64,000 nucleotides of DNA, taken from assembly GCF_030129945.1 (NCBI RefSeq), contig NZ_JARRAF010000017.1, forward strand, positions 1 to 64,000. The letters run 5' to 3'. Both the position numbers and the translations under genes were made by a program. This document shows, piece by piece, positions 20,599-30,435 of this stretch. Source of the stretch: Parachitinimonas caeni. GTDB lineage: Bacteria > Pseudomonadota > Gammaproteobacteria > Burkholderiales > Chitinimonadaceae. Position 1 is the stretch's first letter; every line of letters begins with the position of its first letter. Under the pieces are notes generated by a model. The model was given only the letters and a program-made list of their open reading frames with translations, ran no database searches and was not told the origin of the DNA.

Positions 20599-22025
20599 AA
20601 GCGAATTACATCGGCGGTGAGTGGATGGAGTCCGGCCGGAGTCGTCCGAATATCAATCCCTCAAATACCCTCGACATCATCGACCACTACGCACAGGCCG
20701 ACACGGATACCACCCGTCAGGCGATTGCTGCCGCGACAGCCGCTTTTCCCGCCTGGGCCACTGGTGGCATCCAGGCCCGCTCTGATGCGCTCGACAAGAT
20801 CGGTGCTGAATTGTTGGCCCGCAAGGATGAACTGGGGGCGCTGCTGGCACGGGAAGAGGGCAAGACGCTGGTAGAGGGCATCGGTGAAGTGGCTCGGGCG
20901 GGCTATATCTTCCGTTTCTTTGCGGGGGAAGTGCTGCGTTTACGGGGCGATCGCCTGCCTTCGGTGCGGCCGGGCGTGGAGGTTGAGGTGACGCGTGAGC
21001 CGATCGGTGTGGTGGGCATCATCACCCCGTGGAATTTCCCGATTGCCATCCCTGCCTGGAAAATTGCTCCGGCATTGGCCTATGGCAATTGCGTGGTGTT
21101 CAAGCCGGCCGATCTGGTGCCGGGTTCCGCCTGGGCGCTGGCAGAAATCATCTCGCGCAGTGGTATTCCCGCTGGCGTGTTCAATCTGGTGATGGGGCGT
21201 GGCCGCGAAGTGGGCCAGGTGCTGCTGGAAGATCGTCGCATTCATGGCATCAGTTTCACTGGCTCGGTGCAGACCGGGGCGCAGGTCATGGCCACGGCGG
21301 GCGCCCGTTTTGCCAAGGTACAACTGGAAATGGGCGGCAAGAACCCGCTGGTGGTGCTGGATGATGCCGATCTCGATATTGCGGTGAATTGTGCGGTGCA
21401 AGGCGCCTTCTACTCCACCGGCCAGCGTTGCACCGCATCTTCGCGTTTCATCGTGCAGAAGGGCATCTATAGCCGCTTTGTTGATGCGGTATCGGCCCGA
21501 CTGGCGACGCTCAAAGTGGATGACGCGCGCAAGCCCGGCACCGACATCGGTCCGGTCGTCGATGAAGGTCAGCTTGATCAGGATCTGCGTTATATCGAGC
21601 TGGGCAAGCAGCAAGGCGCAAGACTGGTGCTCGGTGGCGAGCGTCTGCAGCGTGAACAGCCGGGCTTTTATCTGTCGCCCGCCCTGTTTGCCGATGCTGA
21701 CGCCAGCATGCAGATTGCGCGGGAGGAAATCTTCGGCCCCGTCGCCTGCGCCATTCCCGCCGATAGCTACGAACATGCGCTGGTGCTGGCCAATGACAGC
21801 GAGTTCGGACTCTCTGCCGGCATTTGCACCACATCACTTAAATATGCCAGCCACTTCAAGCGCCACGCCCAGGCCGGCATGGTGATGGTCAATGTGCCGA
21901 CAGCCGGGGTGGATTACCACGTGCCATTTGGAGGCAGCAAAGGCTCCAGCTACGGTGCCAGAGAACAGGGCAGCTATGCCGCCGAGTTCTTCACGACCGT
22001 CAAGACGGCTTATACCGCTCCCTGA
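20595..22025 (+). CDS. NAD(P)-dependent aldehyde dehydrogenase
   Basis: ALDH motifs ELGGKNP and catalytic FYSTGQRCTASSR. The start overlaps the CoA-transferase stop. Confidence 0.85.
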   Translation: MKANYIGGEWMESGRSRPNINPSNTLDIIDHYAQADTDTTRQAIAAATAAFPAWATGGIQARSDALDKIGAELLARKDELGALLAREEGKTLVEGIGEVARAGYIFRFFAGEVLRLRGDRLPSVRPGVEVEVTREPIGVVGIITPWNFPIAIPAWKIAPALAYGNCVVFKPADLVPGSAWALAEIISRSGIPAGVFNLVMGRGREVGQVLLEDRRIHGISFTGSVQTGAQVMATAGARFAKVQLEMGGKNPLVVLDDADLDIAVNCAVQGAFYSTGQRCTASSRFIVQKGIYSRFVDAVSARLATLKVDDARKPGTDIGPVVDEGQLDQDLRYIELGKQQGARLVLGGERLQREQPGFYLSPALFADADASMQIAREEIFGPVACAIPADSYEHALVLANDSEFGLSAGICTTSLKYASHFKRHAQAGMVMVNVPTAGVDYHVPFGGSKGSSYGAREQGSYAAEFFTTVKTAYTAP

Positions 22026-22071
22026 TGTCGCCGCCGTCCATTGCTTGAACGGGGCAGAGCTGGCAGAAAAT

Positions 22072-22129
22072 GAAGGCGAGGCTACAATGCCCGCCTTTTG
22101 TTTTCTCCGGTGCGGTTGGTTGTGATGGC
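22072..22129 (+). terminator. hairpin plus T-tract terminator embedded in a roughly 60-bp repeat (second copy at 28095-28157)
   Basis: GAAGGCGAGGC-TACAAT-GCCCGCCTTTTGTTTTC followed by GGTGCGGTTGGTTGTGATGGC. A near-identical unit occurs at 28095. Confidence 0.6.
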
Positions 22130-22285
22130 TGAGTGATTCAAAGCTACTCCCATCGGCAGCTAGTCACCGCCCGATTGCTGTGCAGCGGGTAGTCGGTTGC
22201 CGCTGAGGCGCTTTTCGTGTTGCCACGCAGGGCTTCATTGCCTACCCGCATCGCACGGCAGCACGGCAGTGTTGCAAGTAAATTC

Positions 22286-22720
22286 TTACTTGACGAGGAA
22301 GTGCTGCTGATAGGATGGACGGAAGGCTTGATGGCAGGCGAGGCAGCTATGCTGCACCTGAGCGTAACGTTTGATTACCTCCTTGCCATCCCCCTTCTTT
22401 GCAGCCTGCCCCATGTCTTCTGCTGCCTTATGTACGGCGTGGTCCAGTTCACGGAACTGCCCGGCCCTGTTGCCAAGAAAGTTAAGGATGCGTGCCTTTT
22501 CTGCCATCGGCGGTGCAGGGTGTTCTGCGATCAAGGGCGCTAACTCAGCAATCTGCGCCCAGTCCTCGCGCGAAATCGCGCCAGCCACCTGCTGCATATT
22601 CTGCCCCAGGTTTTGCATAATGCGCCGCAACTCACCCGGTGTTTGAGACGGTGTGGTTTCGGCGTGGGCGAGTGCAAGGGTGGTGGTGGTGATCATCAAA
22701 GCTCGTAAAACAGTACGCAT
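22286..22720 (-). CDS. cytochrome c-prime (class II cytochrome c)
   Basis: Signal peptide, four-helix length and C-terminal heme site CLACH. Confidence 0.65.
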   Translation of the reverse strand: MRTVLRALMITTTTLALAHAETTPSQTPGELRRIMQNLGQNMQQVAGAISREDWAQIAELAPLIAEHPAPPMAEKARILNFLGNRAGQFRELDHAVHKAAEDMGQAAKKGDGKEVIKRYAQVQHSCLACHQAFRPSYQQHFLVK

Positions 22721-22741
22721 GAAACAGCCTCCAAATTTAAG

Positions 22742-25700
22742 TCAGTGGGTTGGGGAATGCGGTGAAGTTGGCGCTGAGGCCATCACTGGGGTGGTTTGCT
22801 GCTGCGCCCGCCGGCGAAATAGCCGACCCAGCCCATGTTCCAAGTCGTCGACATAGCTGAACACCACCGGCACCATCAGCAAGCTCATTACAGTGGACGA
22901 CAGCAGACCGCCGATCACCGTGATGGCCATAGGCTGGCGGAAGCTGGCGTCGGCACCGAAGCCAAGTGCGAGCGGCAGCAGACCGCTGATCATGGCAACC
23001 GTGGTCATGGTGATGGGCTGGGCGCGCTTATGGCAGGCATCCAGCAAGGCTTCGCTACGGCTCATGCCTTGCTGACGGGCGACGATGGCGTAATCGACCA
23101 CCAGAATCGAGTTCTTGGTCACGATGCCCATCAACATCACCAGCCCGATCAGCGAGGGCAGATTAAGCTGGCCCTGGGTCAGCAATAAGGCGGCAAAAGC
23201 ACCACCTACCGATAGCGGCACCGCCGACAGAATGGTGAAGGGCTGGAACCAGTCTTTGAACAGCAGCACCAGCACCGTATACAGCAGCGCTACGCCGGCC
23301 AGCATGGCGCCGCTCATGCCGGCAAATAGCTCGGCCTGATTTTCTGCATCGCCCGATTCGAGCAGCTTGACCTGAGTCGGCCTTTGCGCAAGCGCTGGCA
23401 AAGCCTTGGCGGCTTTGAGTGCGTCGCCTAAGGCATGGCCAGATAGATCGGCCGTCAGCGTCACCTGCCGTTCGCGATCGAAGCGGTCGATCTGCGATGG
23501 CCCTTCGGCCAAGCCGACCTCGGCCACGCTGCCCAGCGGCAGCAAACCAGCACGGCTCGGCACATTCAGGGCAGCGATTGCAGCCAAGTCGTGTCGTACT
23601 GCCGCAGGCAACAGCACCCGTATATCCAGCTGGCGTTGATCGAGATTGAGTTTGGCCAGCGCAGCCTGCCTGTCGCCCTGCAAGGCCACCCGCAGCGTAT
23701 CGGCAATGGCCATGCTGCTGATGCCATGCTCGGCAGCGCGGCTGGCATCGGGCCGCACCACAATGTCCTGCCGCACCATGCCGGCGGTTGAGACGATGTT
23801 ATTCAGGAAGGGCAAGCCGCGTAACTGCTGTTCCAACTCGCGTGCGCTATGCAGCAGCGCGGCCTCATCGCTGCTCGACAGCACCAGTTCCAGCTTTTCG
23901 CCCGAGCTGCCACTGCTGAGCGAGAAGCGCGCGCCGGCTAGTTGATCCAGCCGCTGTCTGATTTGCTGCTCCACCGCACGCTGCGCTGCCCGCTCACCAC
24001 GTTCGGCCAGCACCAGCACCATGCTGGCACGGCGCACTTCGCCCGCCAGGTTCTGGCTCGGGTTGCCGGCGTAGATAAAGATGGTGCGCACGCCCGCTAC
24101 ATCCTTCACCGCAGTCGCCGCTTGCTGGCTCAGCGCCATGGTTTGCTGCAAGCTGGCCCCAGGTGGTAATTCGATACTGACCGTGGTGCTGCCACGGTCA
24201 GCTGGTGGAATAAAGCCGCGTGGCAATAGCGGCAGCAAGGCCACCGACAGGGCAAAGAAGGCCAGCCCGGCCAGCAGGGTCCAGCCGCGATGCTGCAAGC
24301 ACCAGCGCGCCCATTTCAGGTAGATCGTCATGGTGCGGCCATCTTCATGCTGCGCATGCTGGCCCGGCTTGATCAGCCAAACCGCCATCATCGGCGTAAT
24401 GATTCGTGCCACCAGAAAGGACAAGGCCACCGAAATCACGATGGTCCAACCGAACTGCTTGAATACCAGCCCCGGCACGCCGCCCATAAAGGCGGTCGGC
24501 AGAAAGACCACAATCAGCGCCGCTGTGGTGGCGGCTACGGCTAGCGCAATTTCATTGACGGCATCTTCAGTGGCTTGCCGAGCCGATTTTCCGCCCTGCA
24601 TATGGCGAGCAATGTTTTCGACTTCGACAATGGCATCGTCAACCAGAATGCCCACTACCACCGCCAGCGCAAGCAGGGTGATGGTATTTAGCGTATAGCC
24701 AGCCCACTGCATATAGGCGAAGGCCGGAATGATGGAGAGCGGCAGTGCAGTGGCACCAATCAGCGTGGCACGCCAATCGCGCAGGAACAGGCCGATTACC
24801 AACACTGCCAGCAACGCCCCCTCGAACAGCATATGCATCGACCCTTCATACTGCTCATGGGTATGCTCGGTTGTGCCATTGACCTTCTCGATGCGTAGAT
24901 GCGGGTGGCGCTGCTTCAACTGCTGCAGTACTGCATCCACACCCTTGGCAATACGAATCTCGTCAAAACCCTTGCTGCGCCAGAACTGAAACCCCACCGC
25001 CGCTTTACCATCCAGCACAGCAGCCTGGCTGCGTTCGGCTGGACCATCATGTACAGTGGCTACTTGATCGAGGCGCAAACTGCGTCCGTCGCTCAACACC
25101 AGCGGCAAGGCACGCAATTCCTCCGCTCTTTGCACCGTGGCAAGCGTACGCACACTCTGCTCGGCCTCACCCAGCTGACCGCGACCGCCCGACGCTTCCA
25201 GCTGTACCCGTCGCAGGGCGCGCGAGACTTCCGCGGCCGTGGTGCCCAAGCTATTGAGCTGCAGGGGGTCGAGTACGATCTGTACTTCGCGCCTTACCCC
25301 GCCCAGGCGGGTGAAGTCGGCCACGCCCGGCACGCTTTGTACCGCCTTGGCCACTTCATCATCCACCAGCCAGGACAGCGCCTCCTCATCGAGCTGATTG
25401 CTAGCGAGGGCATAAGTCGCCATCGCCCCGCCCGGCCCAACCATCACCTTGCTGACTCTTGGCTCTTCCAACTCACTGGGCAGCTCATTGCGGATGCGAT
25501 CGACCGCGTCCTTAGTATCGGCCAATGCCTCGTTCAAATCGCGCTCAAGGGCAAAACTGACCGTAAGCAATACGCTGCCATCATTGATCTGGGTGCGGAT
25601 ATGTCTTAAGCCACGCATGCTGGCCAAGGCATTTTCCACCTTGCGTGCCACCTCGGTTTCCAGCTGGGCCGGCCCTGCACCAGGTTGGCGTAGCTCCAAC

Positions 25701-25837
25701 TTAACCGTCGGTAGATCAAGATCGGGCAGTTCCTGTATGCCCAGCTTCTGAAAACCGGCCATGCCGGCCAAGGTGAGCAGCACAAACAGCAAGATGGCTG
25801 GAATCGGGTTGCGTATCGACCAGGTAGCGAGATTCAT
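22742..25837 (-). CDS. RND efflux transporter permease (AcrB/HAE1 family)
   Basis: 1031-aa protein with 12 TM helices and AcrB-like periplasmic loops. Confidence 0.9.
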   Translation of the reverse strand: MNLATWSIRNPIPAILLFVLLTLAGMAGFQKLGIQELPDLDLPTVKLELRQPGAGPAQLETEVARKVENALASMRGLRHIRTQINDGSVLLTVSFALERDLNEALADTKDAVDRIRNELPSELEEPRVSKVMVGPGGAMATYALASNQLDEEALSWLVDDEVAKAVQSVPGVADFTRLGGVRREVQIVLDPLQLNSLGTTAAEVSRALRRVQLEASGGRGQLGEAEQSVRTLATVQRAEELRALPLVLSDGRSLRLDQVATVHDGPAERSQAAVLDGKAAVGFQFWRSKGFDEIRIAKGVDAVLQQLKQRHPHLRIEKVNGTTEHTHEQYEGSMHMLFEGALLAVLVIGLFLRDWRATLIGATALPLSIIPAFAYMQWAGYTLNTITLLALAVVVGILVDDAIVEVENIARHMQGGKSARQATEDAVNEIALAVAATTAALIVVFLPTAFMGGVPGLVFKQFGWTIVISVALSFLVARIITPMMAVWLIKPGQHAQHEDGRTMTIYLKWARWCLQHRGWTLLAGLAFFALSVALLPLLPRGFIPPADRGSTTVSIELPPGASLQQTMALSQQAATAVKDVAGVRTIFIYAGNPSQNLAGEVRRASMVLVLAERGERAAQRAVEQQIRQRLDQLAGARFSLSSGSSGEKLELVLSSSDEAALLHSARELEQQLRGLPFLNNIVSTAGMVRQDIVVRPDASRAAEHGISSMAIADTLRVALQGDRQAALAKLNLDQRQLDIRVLLPAAVRHDLAAIAALNVPSRAGLLPLGSVAEVGLAEGPSQIDRFDRERQVTLTADLSGHALGDALKAAKALPALAQRPTQVKLLESGDAENQAELFAGMSGAMLAGVALLYTVLVLLFKDWFQPFTILSAVPLSVGGAFAALLLTQGQLNLPSLIGLVMLMGIVTKNSILVVDYAIVARQQGMSRSEALLDACHKRAQPITMTTVAMISGLLPLALGFGADASFRQPMAITVIGGLLSSTVMSLLMVPVVFSYVDDLEHGLGRLFRRRAQQQTTPVMASAPTSPHSPTH

Positions 25838-25839
25838 GC

Positions 25840-26883
25840 TTACTTCCCACCTGCTGCGACCACGCTCAAGGCTTCTCCACCCTGTAGAAAGCCAGCCCCT
25901 TGCAAGACGACCGACTCACCCGGACGCAGCCCTTGCACAATCTCGACCCACTCGCCTTGCCTTCTACCCGTTTGCACGGCCTGCTTGAGTGCCCGTCCCT
26001 GCACCAGTTTGAACACTACTGGCCGTCCATCACGCAACAGCACGGCAGTCGCCGGCAATACCAAGGCTGGCCGGCGGCCGAGCTCGATTTGCCCACTGGC
26101 ATACATGGCTGCTTTGGCACTGCCGGGCTGAATCAGATCGACATAAGCCAAGCCGAGCCGGCTTTGCCCCTCCAGTGCACCGGCCAGTTGGCGCAATTTA
26201 CCCTGGGCGCTGCCGCCGTCGGGCAATTGCAGCTGCACAGCAAGGCCAGGCTTGACCTGGGCCAGCTGTTGCGCCGTCAGCTCGGCCCGCCATTCCAGCT
26301 TGTTTTGGCGTATCAGTCGAAATAGCTCACCACCCAAGGCAGGCACCTGGCCCAAAGTAGCCGGGCGAGCAATCACCAGACCATCATCGGGCGCCTGCAG
26401 CCGGGTATCGCTCAATTTGGCACGCTGCAACGCCACTTGTGCCGCTGCAGCCTGCTGCTGCGCCTGCGCCAAATCGGCCTGGGTATCGGCATTCAGCATG
26501 GCCTGATCATTGATCAAACCACTTGCACGCATGCTGCGACTGCGCTCGCGCTCTGCCTGTGCTTGCCGCAGCGCCACCTCAGCTCGCCGCAAATCTGCCT
26601 GCGCCTTTTGCAGCTCGGCTTGAATCAGTCGGTCATCAAAGCGCGCCAGCACACTACCGCGCTTGACTTGCTCGCCCACCGCCGCATTCAGCTCCAGCAG
26701 CGCGACACCCTGTAGCCGATTGCTCAGCAGCATCTCCTGCCACGGCGCAATCACCCCCTGCGCCGCAATGCTGTCTGACCATAGTTGCTGCTGTAGCTGG
26801 GTAGCGCCGACCTTGATGCTGCGCTCCGCCGCCTGCGCCCAGCCAGCCAGAAAAAGAAAGAAGACCAACAGCAGGCGGCTCAT
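25840..26883 (-). CDS. RND efflux membrane fusion (periplasmic adaptor) protein
   Basis: Coiled-coil hairpin (AELQKAQADLRRAEVALRQAQ) with lipoyl and beta-barrel domains. It is tightly linked to the RND permease. Confidence 0.8.
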   Translation of the reverse strand: MSRLLLVFFLFLAGWAQAAERSIKVGATQLQQQLWSDSIAAQGVIAPWQEMLLSNRLQGVALLELNAAVGEQVKRGSVLARFDDRLIQAELQKAQADLRRAEVALRQAQAERERSRSMRASGLINDQAMLNADTQADLAQAQQQAAAAQVALQRAKLSDTRLQAPDDGLVIARPATLGQVPALGGELFRLIRQNKLEWRAELTAQQLAQVKPGLAVQLQLPDGGSAQGKLRQLAGALEGQSRLGLAYVDLIQPGSAKAAMYASGQIELGRRPALVLPATAVLLRDGRPVVFKLVQGRALKQAVQTGRRQGEWVEIVQGLRPGESVVLQGAGFLQGGEALSVVAAGGK

Positions 26884-27500
26884 CAGCGTGGCTCCAGGCC
26901 GCGCTGGAAAATGGCATAGACACGCTGCGCCTCCAGCTTCAAGCGCTCCGCATTGCCCTGCATGATGGTCTGCACCACCAAGCCCTGGATGGTGCCGACA
27001 TAGAGCGTGGCCGCCGCTTCTTCATCCAGATCAGCCGCAAACTCGCCAGCCTGCTTGCCTTCTTGCAACAGCTTTTCGACACGCTCGCGGTAACTCTGCA
27101 CCAAGGTCTTCACCATGCGCTTGGGCATGGTCTGCCCCGGCTTTTGCAGCTCGCCCAGCAGCAGGCGTGGTATGCCAGGGTGTTCGGCAATAAAGCCGAT
27201 ATGGCTCGTAAACACCGCTGCCAGCGCCGCTTTTGGCCCATTGGCCTGCTGTGCTGCGGTGTCAACTCGGCTCAGCAAGCGCTCAGCCACCCAGTTCACC
27301 ACCGCCTGCAAGATGGCGTCCTTATTGGCGAAGTGGCGGAACAAAGCGCCCTGGGTCACCCCCATCCGCTCGGCAATCGCGGCGGTGGTGATGTCATTCG
27401 GGTTTTGCTCGGCGGCCAGTTCAACTACCGTTTCCACGGTTTTGGCACGACGTTCTTCAGCAGGCAGGATGACGCCGCTGGCGGGCATAATGGGAGGCAT
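26883..27500 (-). CDS. TetR-family transcriptional repressor of the efflux operon
   Basis: HTH TAAIAERMGVTQGALFRHFANKDAIL. The gene abuts the adaptor-protein gene. Confidence 0.8.
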   Translation of the reverse strand: MPPIMPASGVILPAEERRAKTVETVVELAAEQNPNDITTAAIAERMGVTQGALFRHFANKDAILQAVVNWVAERLLSRVDTAAQQANGPKAALAAVFTSHIGFIAEHPGIPRLLLGELQKPGQTMPKRMVKTLVQSYRERVEKLLQEGKQAGEFAADLDEEAAATLYVGTIQGLVVQTIMQGNAERLKLEAQRVYAIFQRGLEPR

Positions 27501-27611
27501 GATTTAGGTAGTAAGTGGTTACTATCTAAATGTATCGATTCGCCTCAGTTATGGCAACCCCTGGCGACATACGGTCAAAGTGCCTTATGGGCAAATGTCG
27601 GATAGATGACG

Positions 27612-27825
27612 CTAGGTTCTGTTGACGTTTTGTTCTCGGATCGTGTTTCGTCGGATTTGGGCCTGATGCAGGGCGAAAAGTGCGCCGCTAAGTGGTAGGC
27701 CACGCCATTTCCCATCTGGGCGCGCAGGTTGTAAGGCATTGCGATGCAAACCAACAGTCTGGCGGTCAATGCCGCAGCGGGCCCAAATCTGGCGAAGCCC
27801 TCCCTCCTCGCAACGGGGATGCCGT
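27612..27825. repeat. MITE-like repeat, long form, with degenerate right end
   Basis: Left TIR CTAGGTTCTGTTGACGTTTTGTT. The interior is the reverse complement of the copy at 38191-38428. The right TIR is eroded. Confidence 0.7.
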
Positions 27826-28094
27826 GGCTGTAAGCCGCTTTGCGGCGACAGCCACGCAAGGCCGGGGTCGAGTTTTGGGTGGGGCGTCGTCTGGGTTTGC
27901 TTAGTTAGCTCGCTAAACCGCGCTTACCCTACTTCGCGCTGTCCCTGAGTCTTCTCACGCCATCGGCCTGCGGTCGGGTAGAAGTCAGAGGGACCTGAGC
28001 AGCAATGGGCGCGAATGCGCTGCCGAGCGATCTGGATTGCTCTGGCATGTTGAGCCTACAGCATCGGCGATCCTGGTTCGGCGGTGGCTACCAA

Positions 28095-28157
28095 GCAAAG
28101 GCGGGCTACAATGCCTGCTTTTGCTTTTTGGTGTGGCGGTGCGGGTTGTTGTGATGG
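28095..28157 (+). repeat. second copy of the terminator-containing about 60-bp repeat
   Basis: CAAAGGCGGGC-TACAAT-GCCTGCTTTTGCTTTTTGG followed by TGTGGCGGTGCGGGTTGTTGTGATGGC. Confidence 0.55.
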
Positions 28158-28215
28158 CAGACGGATTGAAAGTCATCACGGCGAGACCTGTGCGCCGGCT
28201 TTCCCTGAGAGGATA

Positions 28216-28965
28216 ATGACTTTTTCGCTCGCTTCATCCTGTGCAAGCGCCTCGGCGCTAGTCCTGTCCCACGTTGATACGCTCCTGCCCTTTGATCTGG
28301 CCGATCTGGCATTTCAAAGCTGTGAATTCCGGTTTGCCCCCACGGGGTGGGAGACGGTGCAGTCGGTGCAGGTGGCGCCGATGGCATGCGCCGTGAGGGT
28401 GCCAGCCCGCATGGAGAGAGCCGTGCCCAAGCGTAAGGCAGAGTTTGTCGCCGGGCGCTTTTGTGCCATGTCGGCGATGCGGGCGTTAACGGACGAGTGG
28501 TACGAGGTGCCGATCCACGAAGACCGCAGCCCGATCTGGCCCGCGCATCTATTGGGTAGCATCAGCCACCGTGAAGGGCAGGCGGCGGCGGTGGCGGGCT
28601 TGGCCAGTCAGTGGCGTGGACTGGGCCTGGATCTGGAGCCCTTGATTGATGCGGATCAGGCGGAACGCATCGGGGACATGATTGTTTCCGAGGCGGAGCT
28701 GCAATTGCAGCCCGTGGGGTGGAGCTTTCCGCAATATCTGACGCTGGTGTTTTCAGCCAAAGAAGCGTTTTACAAAGCCATTTACCCGTTTGTGAAGCGG
28801 ATACTGGACTTTCATGAAGTGGCCGTTTGTGCCGTCGATGACGGCACAATCACCTTGCGATTGCTGCATAAGCAGCCAGCTGAAGCGCTGCCAGACGTCC
28901 AGCTGCCGGTGCGGTATGTGGTGCGGGAGGGGGTGTATCTGACGCTGGTGGCCTGGCGGGCCTGA
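28216..28965 (+). CDS. 4-prime-phosphopantetheinyl transferase (EntD/Sfp family)
   Basis: PPTase motifs GSISH, LGLDLE and FSAKEAFYKA. Confidence 0.75.
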   Translation: MTFSLASSCASASALVLSHVDTLLPFDLADLAFQSCEFRFAPTGWETVQSVQVAPMACAVRVPARMERAVPKRKAEFVAGRFCAMSAMRALTDEWYEVPIHEDRSPIWPAHLLGSISHREGQAAAVAGLASQWRGLGLDLEPLIDADQAERIGDMIVSEAELQLQPVGWSFPQYLTLVFSAKEAFYKAIYPFVKRILDFHEVAVCAVDDGTITLRLLHKQPAEALPDVQLPVRYVVREGVYLTLVAWRA

Positions 28966-29008
28966 CAATTGGCACGGGCGTTTGCGCCGGCTGCCCACTG
29001 GCCACAAT

Positions 29009-30142
29009 TCACTTCAGCTTCACCAGACCATTCAGCAGCTGATCCAGCCCGCCGAATACCGAAATCTTGTCGATCCGCTCAGCCAGTCGCTCCAGCGTCT
29101 CCAGTTCCTTCAGGCGCAGGGCGGTGGGGTTGTCTTCCATTACCTTTGCCGTGTTCAGCAGTGAACGGGTCGCGGCCGTTTCTTCCCGACGCCGGATCAC
29201 ATTGGCCTGAGCGGCCTTTTCGGCCTCTACCACTTGTGCCAGTAGTGTTTTCATCTCGCCGGGCAGGATGATGTCCTTCACTCCCAGGCTGCAGACTTCC
29301 AGGCCGAAACCCGGCAGCCGCTGTGCCAGATGGGCGTTGACTTCGTCGTCGATCACCTGTTTGTTTTCCAGTAGCTCATCCAGGTTGCGGGTACCTACGG
29401 CAGCCCGCAGGCCGAACTGTAGCTCGCGATACAGATGCTCGGCCGGTTTGGCTAGCTGACGGAAAGCCATGTTCACATCGCTGAAGCGCCAGTTGGCGTT
29501 CAGGTTGATCCGCAGGCTCACCTTGTCACGGGTCAGAATTTCCTGCCCGCTCACTTCGAGTGCCTGCAGGCGGGTATCCACTGTTTCCACCTTGATTTCC
29601 CGATTGAAGCACCAGAAGCCATAGCGCCCAGGCGGCAGTAGCTCTTGCTGCTTGCCATCCACCCGCAGGATGCCGACGTGTTCTGCCGGAATCTGTACGC
29701 GCAGTACCGCATTCAGCCCAGAGATGCCACGCCCGCGCAGACCCACCTGCGTCATTGAAGCCAGCAGCGAGTCTGGTACACGAAAGTCCTGTGTCAGATT
29801 GATGCGTTCCAGCTTTTGTGGTGCGCCGTCTTTCCAGTAGAGCTGGCGGGAGCCGGGCGGCAGGACTTCGACCAGCAGGCCGTTTTCATAGCGCAGACCG
29901 GCTTCGTCATCGCCCAGATCAAATACATGAAAGTGGGTGTCGAGCGTTATGGCTTCATGCTGACGCAGGTAATCGACCAGCTTGTGCTCGAAAACTGTCT
30001 GATCCAGCGAGAAGACTTCGGTGCTGTAGCGCTTCTTCCAGTCGAACAGCTTGTGTTCGCCAGAGGTCAGAATCTGCTCAAAGTCACCATCCTTCAGCAG
30101 TAGGGCGCGTTCGTTTTTCTTGATATGAAAGTTTTGCCACAT
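29009..30142 (-). CDS. SPFH/band-7 domain protein
   Basis: SPFH core followed by a C-terminal coiled coil (VEAEKAAQANVIRRREETAATRSLLNTAK). Confidence 0.8.
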   Translation of the reverse strand: MWQNFHIKKNERALLLKDGDFEQILTSGEHKLFDWKKRYSTEVFSLDQTVFEHKLVDYLRQHEAITLDTHFHVFDLGDDEAGLRYENGLLVEVLPPGSRQLYWKDGAPQKLERINLTQDFRVPDSLLASMTQVGLRGRGISGLNAVLRVQIPAEHVGILRVDGKQQELLPPGRYGFWCFNREIKVETVDTRLQALEVSGQEILTRDKVSLRINLNANWRFSDVNMAFRQLAKPAEHLYRELQFGLRAAVGTRNLDELLENKQVIDDEVNAHLAQRLPGFGLEVCSLGVKDIILPGEMKTLLAQVVEAEKAAQANVIRRREETAATRSLLNTAKVMEDNPTALRLKELETLERLAERIDKISVFGGLDQLLNGLVKLK

Positions 30143-30254
30143 ACAGATTTCCTTTGATGCGTAGTCCGGTAGGCACCAACCGGGCCGAGAGCCAGGGCGA
30201 AGAAGGCGGGGGCCAGGTGGCCTGTCGCGTGATCGGGTATGACCTCGTTCAGAC

Positions 30255-30435
30255 TCACCGCTGCCGCCTTCCTGGCCAGGGCTCCGGGCCGGGTTGGTGG
30301 AGGCTGGGCAAGCCGGAGCGAGCCCAGTCTCGCCGGGTATTACTTTCTAATAGCGTCTTTGATGACGATGAATTCAGGAGTCGAACCTGATCGGCGTCAG
30401 TCGGTGACCGTTGCCTTACCGTGTGGTGCGGCCCC
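30255..30435 (-). other. tRNA 3-prime-end-like fragments (T-arm, acceptor, CCA) with no intact tRNA; possible att-site remnants or a structured ncRNA
   Basis: On the minus strand: GCCGGGTTCGATTCCCGGGGCCGCACCA (ends about 30424), CAGGTTCGACTCCTG (about 30378-30392) and GCCCAGCCTCCACCA (about 30289-30303). No cloverleaf can be completed upstream of any of them. Confidence 0.3.

Noticed and set aside
27575-27859. Short ORFs inside repeat copies (also 38102-38302 and 38209-38553)
   Set aside because: They lie within MITE-like elements, and different copies yield near-identical peptides. They are repeat-derived and not genes.
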